Origin: Paraphysomonas bandaiensis
Lineage: Eukaryota > Protista > Chrysophyceae
Assembly (NCBI GenBank): GCA_965644295.1
Contig: CBFFRP010000445.1
Span: 1-64,000 of the forward strand
Length of the DNA: 64,000 nucleotides
Direction: 5' to 3'
The translations under genes were made by a program, and so were the position numbers. Positions within the stretch are counted from its first letter, which is position 1, and each line of letters begins with the position of its first letter. This document shows positions 63,563 to 64,000 of this stretch, in pieces. The notes beneath the pieces are model-generated. The model ran no database searches. It was not told where the DNA came from and was given only the letters and a program-made list of their open reading frames with translations.

Positions 63563-64000
63563 ATGTCATCCCTTCTTACTTTCACTGCGGAAATATCTGG
63601 AAATGCTGGAGGCGTTATGTTTGTGGTCGGCTCCTACTTCTTTTACCCCAAGTACGATACAGCGTGCGGGGTCAACTCCTGCTCAATGTATGGAGCCATG
63701 CTGTATGTATTGGGCAGCATATGCTTCTTTTTTACGTCTTGTGTTAATTTCTACAAAATTAATGCCATTTCCTGCGAGGACTTTTCTCTCACTTTGAATG
63801 CGGCGCTCTACTTAGTAGCCAATTTTTTATTCATAATTGGATCTGTTTTATTCATTCCGATTGGACAAGTATATCAGCCTACTGCGGGAATAAGCCTGTT
63901 TATGATTGGTTCTCTCATATGCATGATTGCTCCGATATTCAACATTCACAGGGCACGTAAACAGCGTCAAATTAATACCGACTACCTGACATATGTTGTG
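63563..64000 (+). CDS. Partial multi-pass membrane protein with YrhK-like G-x-x-F-x-x-G-S repeats (runs off window)
   Basis: Open frame to window end, absent from ORF track: GGVMFVVGSYFFYP, GAMLYVLGSICF, NFLFIIGSVLFIP, GISLFMIGSL; start uncertain. Confidence 0.6.
   Translation, partial: MSSLLTFTAEISGNAGGVMFVVGSYFFYPKYDTACGVNSCSMYGAMLYVLGSICFFFTSCVNFYKINAISCEDFSLTLNAALYLVANFLFIIGSVLFIPIGQVYQPTAGISLFMIGSLICMIAPIFNIHRARKQRQINTDYLTYVV

Overview
Eukaryotic genomic DNA with short GT-AG introns and abundant (TACA)n and minisatellite tracts. It looks like a protist, possibly a stramenopile, but that assignment is inference only. Host genes in order: a BC-less biotin-dependent AccD-AccA-PycB-BCCP fusion (candidate single-chain transcarboxylase), ARL1, a hypothetical gene, PA2G4/EBP1, kinesin-13, a secreted EEP-family phosphodiesterase, delta-12 desaturase, peroxisomal uricase, an atypical importin-alpha, a PLAC8-like protein, a small membrane protein, PP2A B''-gamma, VPS28, a hypothetical gene, a decayed CFAP298-like remnant, and a partial YrhK-like membrane gene. 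Accessory DNA includes several hAT elements and MITEs with 8-bp TSDs, a Tourist-like MITE and a 1.1-kb foldback element. The most notable accessory region is a ~10-kb, three-unit tandem array (13.3-23.6 kb). Its units are mosaics of fragments matching other loci in this window (VPS28 5' end, kinesin intron 1, an intergenic segment), and each unit carries an intact three-exon coiled-coil gene that the ORF track splits. About 25 kb away (48.4-50.1 kb) lies an inverted, rearranged copy of that gene folded into three hairpins, a candidate gene/hairpin-RNA silencer pair. All coordinates and splice models were read by eye; no database searches were run.
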